Source: Octopus vulgaris
Taxonomy: Eukaryota
Direction of reading: 5' to 3'
NCBI GenBank assembly: GCA_951406725.2
Contig: OX597824.1
Location: forward strand, 65,906,001-65,970,000
DNA length: 64,000 nucleotides
Shown here: positions 1-13,493 of the stretch, one piece after another
Layout of the letters: each line of letters opens with the position of its first letter
Numbering within the stretch: position 1 is the stretch's first letter
Notes under the pieces: generated by a model
Told to the model about the DNA's origin: nothing
The model's input: only the letters and a program-made list of their open reading frames with translations
The model's database searches: none
Made by a program: the position numbers and the translations under genes

Positions 1-741
1 GATGAAAAGGATGGCGCTTTATAAGTGTAACTGCTCACAGTTACTTGACAAATGCTAGTCAGTGGAATCCACATTCCTTTTTTCCAAATCAAATTGTTGT
101 TTACAATATCTAATTAATATTATCCCAAATGTTAATAGTCTGATGAATGATAGTCTCATTAATGATGACCTCTCTCATTTAATTTTAGTAGATGTGTTGA
201 TATTATAAATACTGTTGTTTTAGCACTACTGGCTTTAGGGAGTGCTATTGATGGAAGGAGCTGACAATAAGTTCCAGTTGGCACTTGATAAAGGGAGTGC
301 TTTTCACTATAATCTATATGTGTATTGATTATTATATATTTATTGCCTCCCAGTTATTTTATGCTAGTAACAGCAGTGTGTGAGGGGGGGGGGTGACGGC
401 AAAGCTGTTATCTATTGGCTGTATCTTATTAAACATTATCAACTAAAATGAGAAGTGTGAAAATGTTCCTAGAGGTGGTTGTTTTTTTTGTTTTATTTTA
501 TGTTTTATATATTCTCCTTCATCATTCTGCAGTTTTCTGCCTGCACCAAATGTGTATATGTATAGTATACACACATGTATGCATTTATATGTGTGTATGT
601 ATGTCTGTGTTTGTGTATATGTATGTTAATATTTCTTGTTTTGCAGGATTAGTCATCTCTACTTATTGAGATAGCCAATCCATGATTCAAACATAAGTAA
701 AGCATGCCTCAGTCTGATAGCTTTGTGTGTGTACACACATG

Positions 742-773
<32 letters not shown>

Positions 774-1221
774 TGCACACACACACACACACACACTCTC
801 TCTTTGCCATGTGTTGGTCAGTGTTAGGCAGGACCAATGGCTGATATTCATTCAAGCCAAGGAGACAAAGATAAACATGTAAATTTTATTGAATTTCTGA
901 AAACTGGTGTTCAACATTTAAGGCATATACATTTTGGAAGAATTATTGTGCAGTTTCAATGATATGTTTAAAAGAATAGGATCCATAAACTCGAGAAACT
1001 TCATGTAAGGTTTTAAAAAATTTGTTCATACCTTCCCCTAGAAACAAACACAAATCTTTTTCCGTTTTTAAAGAAGACAGGTGCAGCCATGGCTGTTAAT
1101 AAGGAGTTTGCTTCCCACTACGTGGCACCTTGGGCAAGTATCTTCAACAAAGCTGATCAAAGCTTTGTGAGTGGATTTGGTAGACAGAAACTGAAAGAAG
1201 CCTGTTAAATAATGTGTGTAT

Positions 1222-1540
1222 GAGTCATCTTCGTAGTCATAAAACGAGACAGATGAGTGACAACCTGGCCACTGGTGGTGGTGTAACGCACCATACTAAT
1301 CATATCTGTCGGGCATGTGGAAGAGAGTGTATTCGGTAGGAGGACTTAAACGACATGCAAAGGTACATGAAGCCCAGTTACAACTGCAGCCGGCTATTAC
1401 CAGTAAAGGTTTTAGTTGCTAATTTTGTACAAGACGTTGTAGATCTTTAGCTGGGCTAAAAAGTCACATTCGATCACAGCACCAGTAACAGTTAAGTTTC
1501 GTGCAATGGCCATACTCGATAACGAGGGGGCAGCCATAAT
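1222..1540 (+). mobile_element. RTE-clade LINE 3' end (C-terminal zinc-finger remnants plus short 3' UTR)
   Basis: Frameshifted translation HICRACGREC..GGLKRHAKVH...GFSC*FCTRRCRSLAGLKSHIRSQHQ*, followed by tggccatactcgataacgagggggcagccataa and a microsatellite tail. Confidence 0.7.
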
Positions 1541-1545
1541 GTGTG

Positions 1546-1580
<35 letters not shown>

Positions 1581-1704
1581 TTTAAAAAGTTGAATGTGAA
1601 TTTGTCCTTTAATTGGAGTAGTTTCCAAAAGATTTCTAATGTTGTTTCTTCATAATTTACTTTGAATTTACAGGTGTAAATTAGTGTAGATATGAAAAGT
1701 TATA

Positions 1705-2070
1705 TACTCTTTCTCTTTACTTGTTTCAGTCATTTGACTGTGGCCATGCTGGAGCACTGCCTTTAGTTGAGCAAATCGACCCCAGGTCTTATTCTTTGTA
1801 AGCCTAGTACTTATTCTATCGTTCTCTTTTGCCAAACCACTAAGTTACGGGGATGTAAACACACCAGCATTGGTTGTCAAGCGATGTTGGGGGGACAAAC
1901 ACAGACACACAAACATATACACACACACATGCGTATATACATATATATGACAGGCTTCTTTCAGTTTCCGTCTTCCAAATCCACTCACAAGGCTTTGGTC
2001 AGCCCGAGGCTATAGTAGAAGACACTTGCCCAAGGTGCCACACAGTGGGACTGAACCCGGAACCATGTGG
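1705..2070 (-). mobile_element. tRNA-derived SINE, family A (gtaaaaga-type tail), head truncated
   Basis: Reverse complement of the copy at 13611-13985; many near-identical copies in the window. Confidence 0.85.
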
Positions 2071-2076
2071 TATATT

Positions 2077-2353
2077 ATCATCATCATCATTCATTTAGCG
2101 TCCGCTTTCCATGCTAGTATGGGTTGGACGGTTCAACTGGGGTCTGGGAAGCCAGAAGGCTGCACCAGGCCCAGTCTGATCTGGCAGTGTTTCTACGGCT
2201 GGATGCCCTTCCTTAAGCCAACCACTCCGTGAGTGTAGTGGGTCCTTTTTATGTGCCACCTGCACAGGTGCCAGATGGGGCTGGCAAACGGCCACGGTTG
2301 GATGGTGCTTTTTATGTGCCACCAGCACGGAGGCCAGTCGAGGCGGCACTGGC
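2077..2353 (-). mobile_element. RTE-LINE 3' UTR-derived repeat (family B, (GAT)n tail)
   Basis: Reverse complement of 8256-8706, 29594-30046 and the 3' end of the RTE at 47210-48490. Confidence 0.8.
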
Positions 2354-3419
2354 AATAATATAGGTATATTAAATATATGATTTAACTTATTAAACAAAGT
2401 TCAACAAATTTCTCACCCATAACTCACCCTCCTCAACCCTAGATTTTATTGGTACTTAATTTAGGATTGCATGCACTAGAACTGGCCAAGTAGAAGACTA
2501 CACCAGGCAACTGTGTCTGTTTTGGCCTGGCTTTTACAGTTGGATGTTCTGCCTAACATTGACCACCCTGTAGAGTGGACTGAGTGCTTTTTATGTGGCA
2601 CCAGCACTGGCAGGATCACCTAGTAACTTGCAAGACAAGGAGTTTTGAGAGGGGAGGGGGCCTTAGAGGAGGGGATCTTGAGTCAGATGATGAAAGATTA
2701 GAGTATAACGGAGAGACAGAGAGGCAGAAATAGATGTCTTGCTATGGAGGAGGTACATGGTTACCCAACCAAGAGAGATAGAGAGGGAGAGAGAGAGGAA
2801 GACAGTGGGAAAGAAAGAGAGAGAACGAGAGGGAAAGAGTGGTAACAAGAAATGGGTGTGTTGCTCTAAAGGAGATACATGGTTACCCAGCAAGAGAGAA
2901 GAGCAAGGGAAAGAGAGAGAGAGAGAGAATGGGAGACAACAAGAGTGCAAGAGAGAGCAGGAGAGAGATAATGGTGAAGTGCCAGGGTTTACTCACAAGG
3001 AATGGGGTTCAGAGCATAGATGGAATGGTAGATTTAGGAAGAGAGAGATAAATGGTGGCAATTGTCAGGGCTTGCTCTCAAGGTACAGGGGTACAGGGAT
3101 ATAATATATGTGACCAGGTATTACCAAGAAGGTGCGATTTGGGGGTGGGGATTTCAGTAACTGGTGAGAACCTGGGTATAAAGAGGGGGATGGGAAAGCA
3201 GCAATACAGTGAACAGAGCAGTGCGGGTAAGGATGGGGAGTGGGAGAAAATCATAGCATATGAAGAGGAAATGCGAGGAAGAGAAAAGATACAGTTTGGG
3301 AGAGATGTAGTTTGGATTCTAGAGATAGGGTATGTGAAAATTTTATTGCTGTGTGCAGGCGGAACACAACGCTTTTATCACTCAGTTATGCTGACATGGG
3401 TGGGTCTTCTCTAGAATCT

Positions 3420-3810
3420 CATAGTGTCAGATATCTCGGTCCATTGTCATTTCCTCCATGAGCCCTAGCAACCTAAGATTGGTTCTCACTATTTCATCCC
3501 ATGTCTTCCTGGGCCTCCCTCTCCCACTGCTACCAACCACCTTCAATGATCGGCACTACCTTATACAGCTGTCTTCTTTCATATGCATCACATGTCCAAA
3601 CCAACATAGTCTTCTCTCCTGAACGCCACATTTAATTCCTCTTATGCCCAACTTTTCTCTCAATGCTGTTATGCTTTGCCATTCATTCACACTGATGTTG
3701 CACATCCAGCAGAGCATTCCACACCAGTCTACGCATGTCCTCCACATTCAGAGCCCATGTCTCACTACCATCGAGTATAGCCGTTCATGAACAAGCATCA
3801 TACAATCTAC
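3420..3810 (-). mobile_element. RTE-clade LINE ORF C-terminal fragment
   Basis: ORF 3556-3747 reads LREKLGIRGIKCGVQERRLCWFGHVMHMKEDSCIR (RTE 'RRLRWFGHV' motif); paralogous to 47380-47620. Confidence 0.8.
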
Positions 3811-3813
3811 TTT

Positions 3814-3845
<32 letters not shown>

Positions 3846-4169
3846 ATTGTGGGTGTGTACTCATTCAATTCTTCAAATACATACAAATAGATACATAGAT
3901 ACAATACATGTGTACACATACATATATATTAAGAAAATATACATATATTTACCTTAAGACAACCTTTTGGGGCATCTAGATGTTTCTTAAACTACTTGAC
4001 ATCGAAAGAAATTCTCATAAAGTCTTGTTATAATACCAGTTAGCCATGAGGGATTAAATATAAAATGACAGGAACATACCAGGGATGGATGGGGGTTGGG
4101 AGAGAGAAAAGTGTGCTTAAATGCAACCAAGAAAATTCTGTTGTTATTGATGCAGTGAAAATATTTCCA

Positions 4170-4997
4170 GAATGCTCTATTGTGTGCAGGTACCAAATCC
4201 TGCTGGAACAGAAATTCCAAGACATCAAGCAGCTTAACAGCTGATGGAGGTATGAAGTGCACCATGACCTCTTGGTAGATCATTGCATTGCCAGTGACTC
4301 TTAAGAGATACTGTTTCAATAATTCATATGATACAGTACTCTTAACCATCACTGAGTGCAGGGATTTGATGCTAGACCTCAAGCAGCTATGTTCTGTGCT
4401 GCTCCAGCCATCTTCAAAATTATTTGACCTTGGTTTCTGAACTGGATATAAAACTTGTTCTCATCAGAAAACAATACTTTGGACTTCCAATCTGCTTCTC
4501 CTTGACCTACGTCATCTATAAACCACTTATGCTGCCTGTTGTTAAGGAGAGGCTGGCTTGTTTCTTAGTACTTCACTGTTGCAGCCTTACCATTGAAACC
4601 ACAAGTGTATGGTGGCAAATTTTGCTAATGTTCACTTTTTATGGATCTACCCCATATCATCAAACTGGCTGTTTCATTACAGGACTCTGAAAACAGCGAG
4701 TTTTCCTTTCTTTATGGAATGAGTCAGTGATGATCTTTTTTCATTAACTGTTAGATCAAAAGTCCCACAAATGACTGCAGCACCGTTTCTGTGGCCTTAT
4801 TCCATAAATTATGTTATAAAATTTATTTCAAAGTATTAGTTGAAGGAGTAATGCTGATGATGTTCTCAGAATGTTTTAGCAAGCAGAATTTCCATTTTAC
4901 TTTTGTATCTTCCCTTGTTACTTTACAGTAATCACTGTAGAAATTAGTGAGATTGTTTATTTCCAACCCACCTTTTTTTAATTTTCTGAGACACAAT
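4170..4997 (-). mobile_element. Decayed Tc1-family (DD34E) transposon
   Basis: Minus-strand peptides WKSKVLFSDENKF, CLRSSIKSLHSVMV, GNAMIYQEVMVHFIPPSAVKLLDVLEFLFQQDLVPAH match Tc1 FSDE and FQQD motifs; TIR-like tgtgtctcagaaaatta near 4980-4996. Confidence 0.75.
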
Positions 4998-5474
4998 TAT
5001 TTATACTTATACACACACACACATTTATATATGGGATGTATGTGGTGTGTTTATATGCAAGGTATGTGTGTATGAGCATGCATATTCATATCAAGAGATA
5101 TTCAAATATGTAACAACAAACATACATATAAACATATATGTGTGTGTTTATGTGTGCATATATATATTGTATATATTTATACATGTCTGTGTACATACAC
5201 ACACATACCTCATGCATACACACATACAGACAGTGCAAAACATAGTGATGTTCTAATCTGTATTGTTATGGTATATGTTGAAGTCTCCCTTATCTCCATC
5301 ACATCTCACCGTTTTACATTCCCAGCTCCTGTTCATCTTTGCACTGATTAGACGACTCAGCAGTTGTAATTATGCCATTTGGCTTTTTTATCAGTGATGT
5401 TGTGACATGTTGCTAACGATATTATGACCCACTACCATCATCTGACTATGGATACTTGAGTAAACACTCACACA

Positions 5475-5519
<45 letters not shown>

Positions 5520-5630
5520 TCTCTCACTCTCTCACGCACGTACATACGCACGTACATACACACGACGTCAAGCTTCTGCAGTCAGCGACGATTGTATATA
5601 GGTCTATCTCTGTTTAAAATCAGTAGTTTG

Positions 5631-5683
<53 letters not shown>

Positions 5684-7160
5684 ATATATATATACACACA
5701 CACACATGTCCATTTCAAGGATACTAGATATTAAAGTACACGCAGGCGCGTGCACGCGCGCACACACACACACACATCTATACCTTTTTACTTGCCTAGA
5801 CACATAAATGTATGTATAACAGCTTTGATATATCATCGATCAGTCGTGATTTCAAATTCAAAATACCACTAATCCCTTTTGTATGCCTATCTTCCTCTGT
5901 CGGTCTTTTTGTTGGGCGGTTCACCTGATGAAATATAGGTAACTAGTTGCTGTCAACGTCTAGCATCATCAACGTCCACAAGACAGCGAAGGGCGCCTCT
6001 ACGCAGTGAACCGACCTGCTAGAAATAGAAGCCAAAACTCGCACGTTGTTGTTTGAAAAAAAAAAATGTGGGTGGTGGCAGATACATCAGACTATGATGT
6101 AATCACTGATATACCGGGACGTCTTTTGATAAGTTTGTTCAATTAAGACCGTTGTCATCATCAGCAGCATCACCCTCATCGTCAATAACAAGCAGTAATC
6201 GAGCCAGTAAGTTGTGTTTATATAGACCTGTTAGAAATAGCAGTCACATGTCCAACAATTCACAACCTTCAGCCTTATCCCCCAAATCCCTAAACAAACA
6301 AATAGGGGACACATTGAAAGACTTAGTTCTAGACTTTGAAGGTGTTTTTGTTAATATTTATATTACACATCAGTTAAGCTCACCTTTTTATTTTTTACTC
6401 TGGATTCTTTATAAAGAAATTGTCAGTCTAAACACCAAACAATTAGTACACACCTAGTGGTGGTGGTGGTGGTGGTGTTAATGTAGGTAAATGACTACCT
6501 TTAAGTTCATAGCACGATAGGTGAGGCTATAACGCTATTAGTAAGTAGTAGCTCCATTTCTTAATATTGACTAAACTTTTTTGTTCTACACGCAGGTAAT
6601 GCCTAAGTATATCTGACTTAACTTTATAAAATGGTTGTTGGCTTTGTGGTTCGTTCTTTGAAAAGTTGATTTTGAAATGTCGGCTGTTTTGTCTTTAGTT
6701 TCAGGAAGCTATGTTATAAATAAATAAATAATCTATCTTATCGTGTCAACTAGACAAGGTTTGGAAGCCATCGTTAAGTTATTTAAGCGTACAGCTGATG
6801 AAATTATTGGTCAAGCAAACTCCCATCTATAAATGAGTCAGTTTCACGATCAGGGTTGAATTGGGGCTAAAAATCAACATCGAAGACGACGACAAACACT
6901 CTCTCAACAAAGAATCCCTATATACTTGTGAATATGTTTCTATATGGGTATTTATGAAGGAGGTAGCTCATAAGATATAAAACTAAAGATGACAGTTTTT
7001 AGTAAAAAGAAAAACAAAACAACAAAAACCGTCCATTTTTGTCAACATTTACTATTAGTGCATGTGCGTATGCGCGCAAATTTAGCTTTATCAAATTATA
7101 GCTTACACGTTTACATATATACATTGACTAGTAGTCAATATCCGCACTTCTTTCAATATA

Positions 7161-7194
<34 letters not shown>

Positions 7195-7195
<1 letters not shown>

Positions 7196-7278
7196 ACGGG
7201 AAGCTTTATGAAAATAGACAAAAGACGAAGGCAGGTTTACGGAAATAAACAAAAGACGAAGGCAAGTGGAATACAAAC
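7195..7278 (-). mobile_element. Penelope-like element terminal fragment inside a (TA)n tract
   Basis: aacgggaagctttatgaaaatagacaaaagacgaaggcagg is identical to the end of the PLE at 41872 onward; has an internal duplication of caaaagacgaaggca. Confidence 0.7.
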
Positions 7279-8179
7279 ATATATATATATATATATGATT
7301 ATAACTTCCCTCTCTGCTTCCTTATACACAAATACATGCGTATGCTCATATGATACTCTGTACATGTGCAGAGTATAGGATTGTTATCGAGGTAATTAGG
7401 GGTACAGTTCTTACTTGCAATTTCATTTTTGTTGGAAATTGTCGAATAGTCTTACGATTCTCAACAGTGCTAAAACTGCTCAGTCACTATATGAAGAATT
7501 GTGCCTTTTCCTCCACATACTCTCTCTCTCTCGCACACACACATGATACTCTATATCAAACAATCAACTTCACTTTAAAAAGAAACTGAATACATTTTAA
7601 AAGTAAACTATATATTAATTTACATATAGACCTCCAGCTGGTTGTTTATTTACCTCTGATGATACTCTGGTTATACTCTAGAAATTGTCGGTTAGCTGTA
7701 TGTTCTGAATCTTATATTTACAGAATTCGGGTAATATTGCATCTAATGAGGTACTGATAGGTACAGAAGTGCTCAAGTTGACTTTTGAACCGCAACTAAA
7801 ACCGCAGCAGCCTAGCAATGAATGGCTACCAGTGGTTTATCATTGAGCTGGTACAGTAGAATGAACGTATGGATAGGCATACAACTAGCATCAATTTAGA
7901 ACATGGCATTTATATATTTAAACATAATTGCTCAGTTGTTACAGTATAATAAATCATAATAAGTAAGGAATTAAAAAGATGGAATAGAATGCTGTTAAAT
8001 GCTTATCTTATCAGGGAAAAAAGCACCATATGCACAGCTATACCTGAAACAGCTGTATGAGACTATTGTCACACCTTACTTCCTTATTTCTTATGATATA
8101 TTCTATTGTAACAATTCAGCAATTATGTTTAAATTTTTGTCATGATCTAAACTGATACTAATTGTTTGCCTGTTCATAC

Positions 8180-8241
<62 letters not shown>

Positions 8242-8255
8242 TGTGTGTGTGTGTG

Positions 8256-8706
8256 AAGACCTCTACTTGTGAAGACCTGTTGAGGCAAGTGAGGATCAGA
8301 ATCGAAATCGATGAATGGAAATTGCAGATGTGTTACCAGTGCCAGTGGCATGTAAGAGAACCTTCCGTTACCATCGCCGCCCCGACTGGCCTCGTGCCGG
8401 TGGCACGTAAAAAGCACCATCTGTTCGTGTCTGTTGCCAGCCTCGCCTGGCCCCCGTGCCGGTGGCAAATAAAAAGCACCATCCGTTCGTGGCCATTTGC
8501 CAGCTCTGTCTGGCACCTGTGTGGGTGGCACGTAAAAAGCACCCACTACACTCACGGAGTAGTTGGTGTTGGGAAGGGCATCCAGCCGTAGAAACACTGC
8601 CAGATTTGACTGGGCCTGATGAAGCCTTCTGGCTTCACAGACCCCAGTAGAACCGTCCAACCCATGCTAGCATGGAAAACGGACGCTAAACGATGATGAT
8701 GATGAT
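8256..8706 (+). mobile_element. RTE 3' UTR-derived repeat (family B) with internal tandem units
   Basis: Repeated ggtggcacgtaaaaagcacc units; ends ccatgctagcatggaaaacggacgctaaac(gat)n. Confidence 0.8.
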
Positions 8707-8707
8707 A

Positions 8708-8779
<72 letters not shown>

Positions 8780-9289
8780 GGGGATTTCAAACACACATTA
8801 TACTGTCTATGTTAGTCTTTTCACCACCTAATCAACTAAGTCAGGAAGACCTACCATTATCAATACATACTTAATAAAATATTAGTTGCAGTTATCTATC
8901 ACAGGGTTCAATCAGTTTCATCTTCAATTATCTCACTGTACACAAATACTAACTCAAAAGCATACATTTACGAAAAAGATCATATCATATATTCATACAG
9001 TAGCACTATTGTATGGGTGTTGTTGTTTAGTCTGAGGTCAGCCCTGACAAAAGAAATCTGTGATTGAAGGTATTTCAGCTTTGACCACACCTCTTATTAG
9101 TATGTATAACTACATTCATTATCCAATGAGTTTCCTATTTTTTAAGATTGTGGAGTGTGATTTTAGAGTCTGGGTTTGCTGTTTTTAATACTGTGTGCAA
9201 TCACCTAGAGGTTTTAGTGTGGGTGTATATAAAAACAATAATAGATATCTTTTTTCTTTCATTGGTAACATTTACCTCATTGTAAAAAT

Positions 9290-10050
9290 AAAAGCACAGT
9301 TAAAGGATTCTTCAAATTAAACTGGTTATCTAATATTATTTACCAAGTTTTTAAGGCTTGTTGTAGGTAGTGGAGGATGGAATTTATTCCATTATGCTGC
9401 ACTTTCTCATTAGATTTACTGTAGGGGCAGTTTTTACAAGTACCTAAATCTAGAGTTATATCTAACTATATTTAGATTCATATCTACTGTGAACTATAAA
9501 TCTAACTTTTTGAATATATTGAGGAACTCCTTAACAGCAGCCATTGTATGGTAATTCAAAATGAACAGTCCATTGAAAACAAAACCAGAAAAGTTATATA
9601 GGCTTCTCACAACATATATATTCATTCTGATACTTAGAAAGATAACTTGCCACCTCACTTTCCAGATATATTTGGCATTTAAAGGATGATAATATTAATA
9701 ATTATAAAATTTATTGCTCCGCTCTACATTAATGATTCTGGAAGGTGTGGTCTTTGTCTTCATTCTATAACAATCTTTTCCTTTTGCAATTTTGAACAAA
9801 AGATTGCAGTTAGCAAATTCTTTCAGACACATTCATCAATATTTATCAAGGAATTTCCAAATACCAACTGGCTGAGATAGTTTATTTCGTACACAATAGA
9901 TTAACCAGATTCTGAAAGATCGTCACATTAAATTGCTCCAACAATGCTTTGTGTATTTTATGCATTTTCTAATTTTTTTTTTACTTGGCAATCAATTGGA
10001 TCTTGATGACTAATTATGCCCCAATGTATTTACAAACATTTTTGCTTGTA
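9290..10050 (-). pseudogene. Highly decayed Penelope-type reverse transcriptase
   Basis: Minus-strand fragment LDLGTCKNCPYSKSNEK resembles the Penelope RT 'LDL...Y.PY.KPN' region; many stops and frameshifts. Confidence 0.45.
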
Positions 10051-10289
10051 TATTGTAATGCTTGTATATTGTAACACAGTTTCTCTTCTTCAATTGTGAA
10101 ACTTGGATGCAAATAGCTTCAGCCTAAAATAGTATAACCATATGTATATGTCCGTGTGTGTGTATAAAGCCATGACACTTTCAGTTAGTGAAGGAAATGG
10201 GGCTCATCTTTAAGAATCATTGTTTTTTCAAATAAATACATCCACTCTACTACTATGTATTGAGTACTTTGTCTTTAAATAATATTAAG

Positions 10290-10607
10290 TACCACTGGGT
10301 GGCACCTTGGGAAAGTGTCTTTTTCTATTGCTCCAGGCCGACCAAAGCCCTGTGAGTGGATTTGGTAGATGGAAACTGAAAGAAGCCTGTCATGTTTGTG
10401 TCTGTGCTTGTCCCCCTGCCACTGCTTCACAACCAGTGCTGGGGTGTTTATGTCCCCGTAACTTATCAGGTCAACAAAAGACACTGATAGAATAAGTACT
10501 TGCTTTAGAAAGTCCTGGGGGTCAATTTCTTCAACAAAAAACCCCTTTTAAAACAGTGCTCTGACATGGCTGCAGTCAAATGACTGAAACAAGTTAAAGA
10601 GTAAAGA

Positions 10608-10608
<1 letters not shown>
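10290..10608 (+). mobile_element. tRNA-derived SINE family A (head truncated)
   Basis: Matches 13611-13985; tail gcagtcaaatgactgaaacaagttaaagagtaaagag. Confidence 0.8.
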
Positions 10609-10642
<34 letters not shown>

Positions 10643-10648
10643 TATATA

Positions 10649-11540
10649 TGTGGTCTCATCAATAAGTATCCGGACAGTTGCCATAGTAACGAAGCTGTTG
10701 CCATAGTAATAAAGCAGAGTGAAGCTGTTTGGTACAGATTGACCTTGAACTCTGCTGTGCATGTGCATTGTTTTAATGTCCTAGCTCACTTCTATTGTGT
10801 ACAGCAGTGCTTGGAAGGAATGTGTGTAGCGTGTGATCATCACATTGACTATGAATCTGTATCAAATTTTGCCAAAAGCTTGGCAGTACTTGCTCAGAGG
10901 CCTATGCGATGCTGCAGAAAGTCTATGGAGAGGAGTGTATGAACTGAAAAAATATCGGTTGTGATGACCGTTCTGGGAGACCTGCAACCAACAGAACTGA
11001 GAAAAACATTGCAGATGTGCATGCAGCTGTGAGGGGAAATCTTCAAGTCACCATCTGTGAGTTATCAGAGGATGTGCAAATTAGTTACAGTTCAGTTCAG
11101 TCCATTCTCAACGAAGATTTGGGTATGAGATGCATGTCTGCCAAGTTTGTGGCAAAACTGCTTTCAGCTGACAATGCACTTGCCCGTTCAGCGCGACTTG
11201 TGTAGCAGTTTTTGGCTAGGCACAGCATTCCCCAGGTCTGACAGAAACTGTATCCCCCAGATCTTGCCCCTTGTGACTTTTTCCTTTTTCCAAAAAATCA
11301 AATCCTGCTTGAAAGGAAGAAGATTTTAGGATGCCAAGGAAATCAAAGTGAATGCGACAAGGCATCTGCTGATTATCCCAGAAAATGAATTCCAGGAATG
11401 TTTCCATTGATTGAAACAGTGCTGGATTAAGTGTGTGGCTTCCGAAGGAGACTACTTTGAACGAGATTAAATGTCAAATTGGTATGTGTTGTAGTTTTGT
11501 TTTTATAGCACCAGTCCGGATACTTATTCATCAGATCTCG
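10649..11540 (+). mobile_element. Mariner (DD34D) element, internally deleted, with both TIRs and TA flanks
   Basis: TIRs tgtggtctcatcaataagtatccggacag / ccagtccggatacttattcatcagatctcg; peptides IKFCQKLG, DDRSGRP, SAKFVAKLL (WVPxxL-like), DNA, YPPDLAPCDFFLF. Confidence 0.9.
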
Positions 11541-11555
11541 TATATATATATATAC

Positions 11556-11860
11556 TATTCTTTCAGTCATTTGACTGCGGCCATGCTGGAGCACTGCCTT
11601 GAAGGGTTTTAGTCAAATAAATTTACTCTAGAATCAGGGACGTAAACACACCAACAACTGTTGTCAAGCAGTGATGGGTGGGAGGACAAACACACACACA
11701 TATGGTGGACTTCTTTCAGTTTCTGTCTACCAAATCCTCACAAGGCTTTGGTTGGCCTGAGGCTATAATTGAAGACACTTGCCTAAGGTGTCTTGTAGTG
11801 GGACTGAGCCTGGAACCATGTGGTTGGGAAGCAAACTTCTTACTGCACAACCATTCCTGC
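11556..11860 (-). mobile_element. tRNA-derived SINE family A
   Basis: Reverse complement of the family A consensus with internal deletions. Confidence 0.8.
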
Positions 11861-11896
11861 TTTTATTATTTATATATGTGTGTGTGTGTATGTATG

Positions 11897-11956
<60 letters not shown>

Positions 11957-13493
11957 TATATACATTACAAACCATTTCATATCATTTTTGTACTGCCAGT
12001 CACCATTTTCTCACCTCTGATCTATTCCTAATTGACATCCACCCATAATTCTTATCGTTCATTCACTCATATTTATTGTCTTCCACTCTCCCATTATACT
12101 CTTGCTGATTCTTGTCTCTATGCTCTCTTCTGTCACCTTCTTGGACATGTCAGAGCAAACACTTGTGGGTTTGCTTTGGCACCTGATCATCACGACATTA
12201 CTTTGTGGCACCTCTCCTGTCACCTTCATTCACTTATGTAAAATGTGAAGTAACTGTGAATCTTCTCTGCAACAAACCTGTTCTGACTCCTCTCATCATA
12301 TAGTAACCTAACATAAAGTGGCTATTCTATTGCCTATTCTCCCTCTCAGATGAAGAAGGTCTTTAGTCTTGTGAGTTATGCAGCAACCTCACTAATGCTG
12401 GTGAAATTGCCTTTAAAAAGAAAAACACACCAACCTAATGCACTCTGTAAAGTAGTTGGTGCTCAGAAGGGCATCCAGCTATAGAAACCATAGCAAAACT
12501 AAAGCGCTGGAATAAGATGTGGTTCTCTGGCCTGTTGGATCCTACCTAGCCATCCAACTCATGACAACATGGAAAGCTGATGTAAAAATAATGATAATAA
12601 TTATGTAAACAAGAATGAATAATTATTTCTGAAGGGAACTGAATCACCTATATCTTGTTAACCATAGTATGGTCGTTATTCTATTTACTTGGTCAGACAT
12701 TGGAAGGTATTGAATTTTTCTTTTGGATTGAAATGTTTACTTAAATGAGCAGTTGATTTTATCTGTATCATGTATCACTATAGATACTCAACAACATTCT
12801 TGTATCTATCTCTGTATGCTATATAGCTCTCAACACAGAATAATATAGCCATCATCCAATATACATTCAGTGACTAGTCAATATGTACTGATGACTGCAG
12901 TGCACTGCTGCTAGTACACACACACACACACACTTCTTTTACTGGTGTTTTTGCATACATATAACATTACCTTTATTGGTTTTGTACGCATACACACATC
13001 TCTGTTTTCATTTATGGACACAAACATTCTGTGGTATGAACACATCTCTGTTACTACATGCGCATGTGCATGCATACACATGCAATCACCTGCATTCACA
13101 GACATGTAATCACTATTTACACTGCCTTATTATTCTATGTATCTACTTTAATTTGGTGTTTTTTCTTCTTTCCTTGGCACTTTATCAGTAGAGCATGTCA
13201 AATTCAATATATACCTTGCACACACACATACTCACACATGCACACATATACACATATACACACACATGTATGTATGTATATTTACTTCCTACTTATGTTT
13301 GAAGGTACACAGATGTATACTCACATGCACACATATATTCACACATACACCATATCTAGGTGTGTATTCATTTGATTAATGTATAAATAAAATGATGTAT
13401 AATTTCTTTTCTAGCCCCAATATCCTTTTTATTTAAGAAAGTTGTATTTTCTACTTAGCTATTAGAACAACTTATATTACTGGTACACATATT

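Noticed and set aside
1-24. GAT GAA AAG GAT GGC GCT TTA TAA as the possible last codons of an upstream gene
   Set aside because: Only seven codons are visible; cannot be supported
8617-8640. CTGATGA followed by hairpin agcc-ttct-ggct
   Set aside because: No GAAA follows; other family B copies read cctggtgcagcc here, so it is a chance mutation
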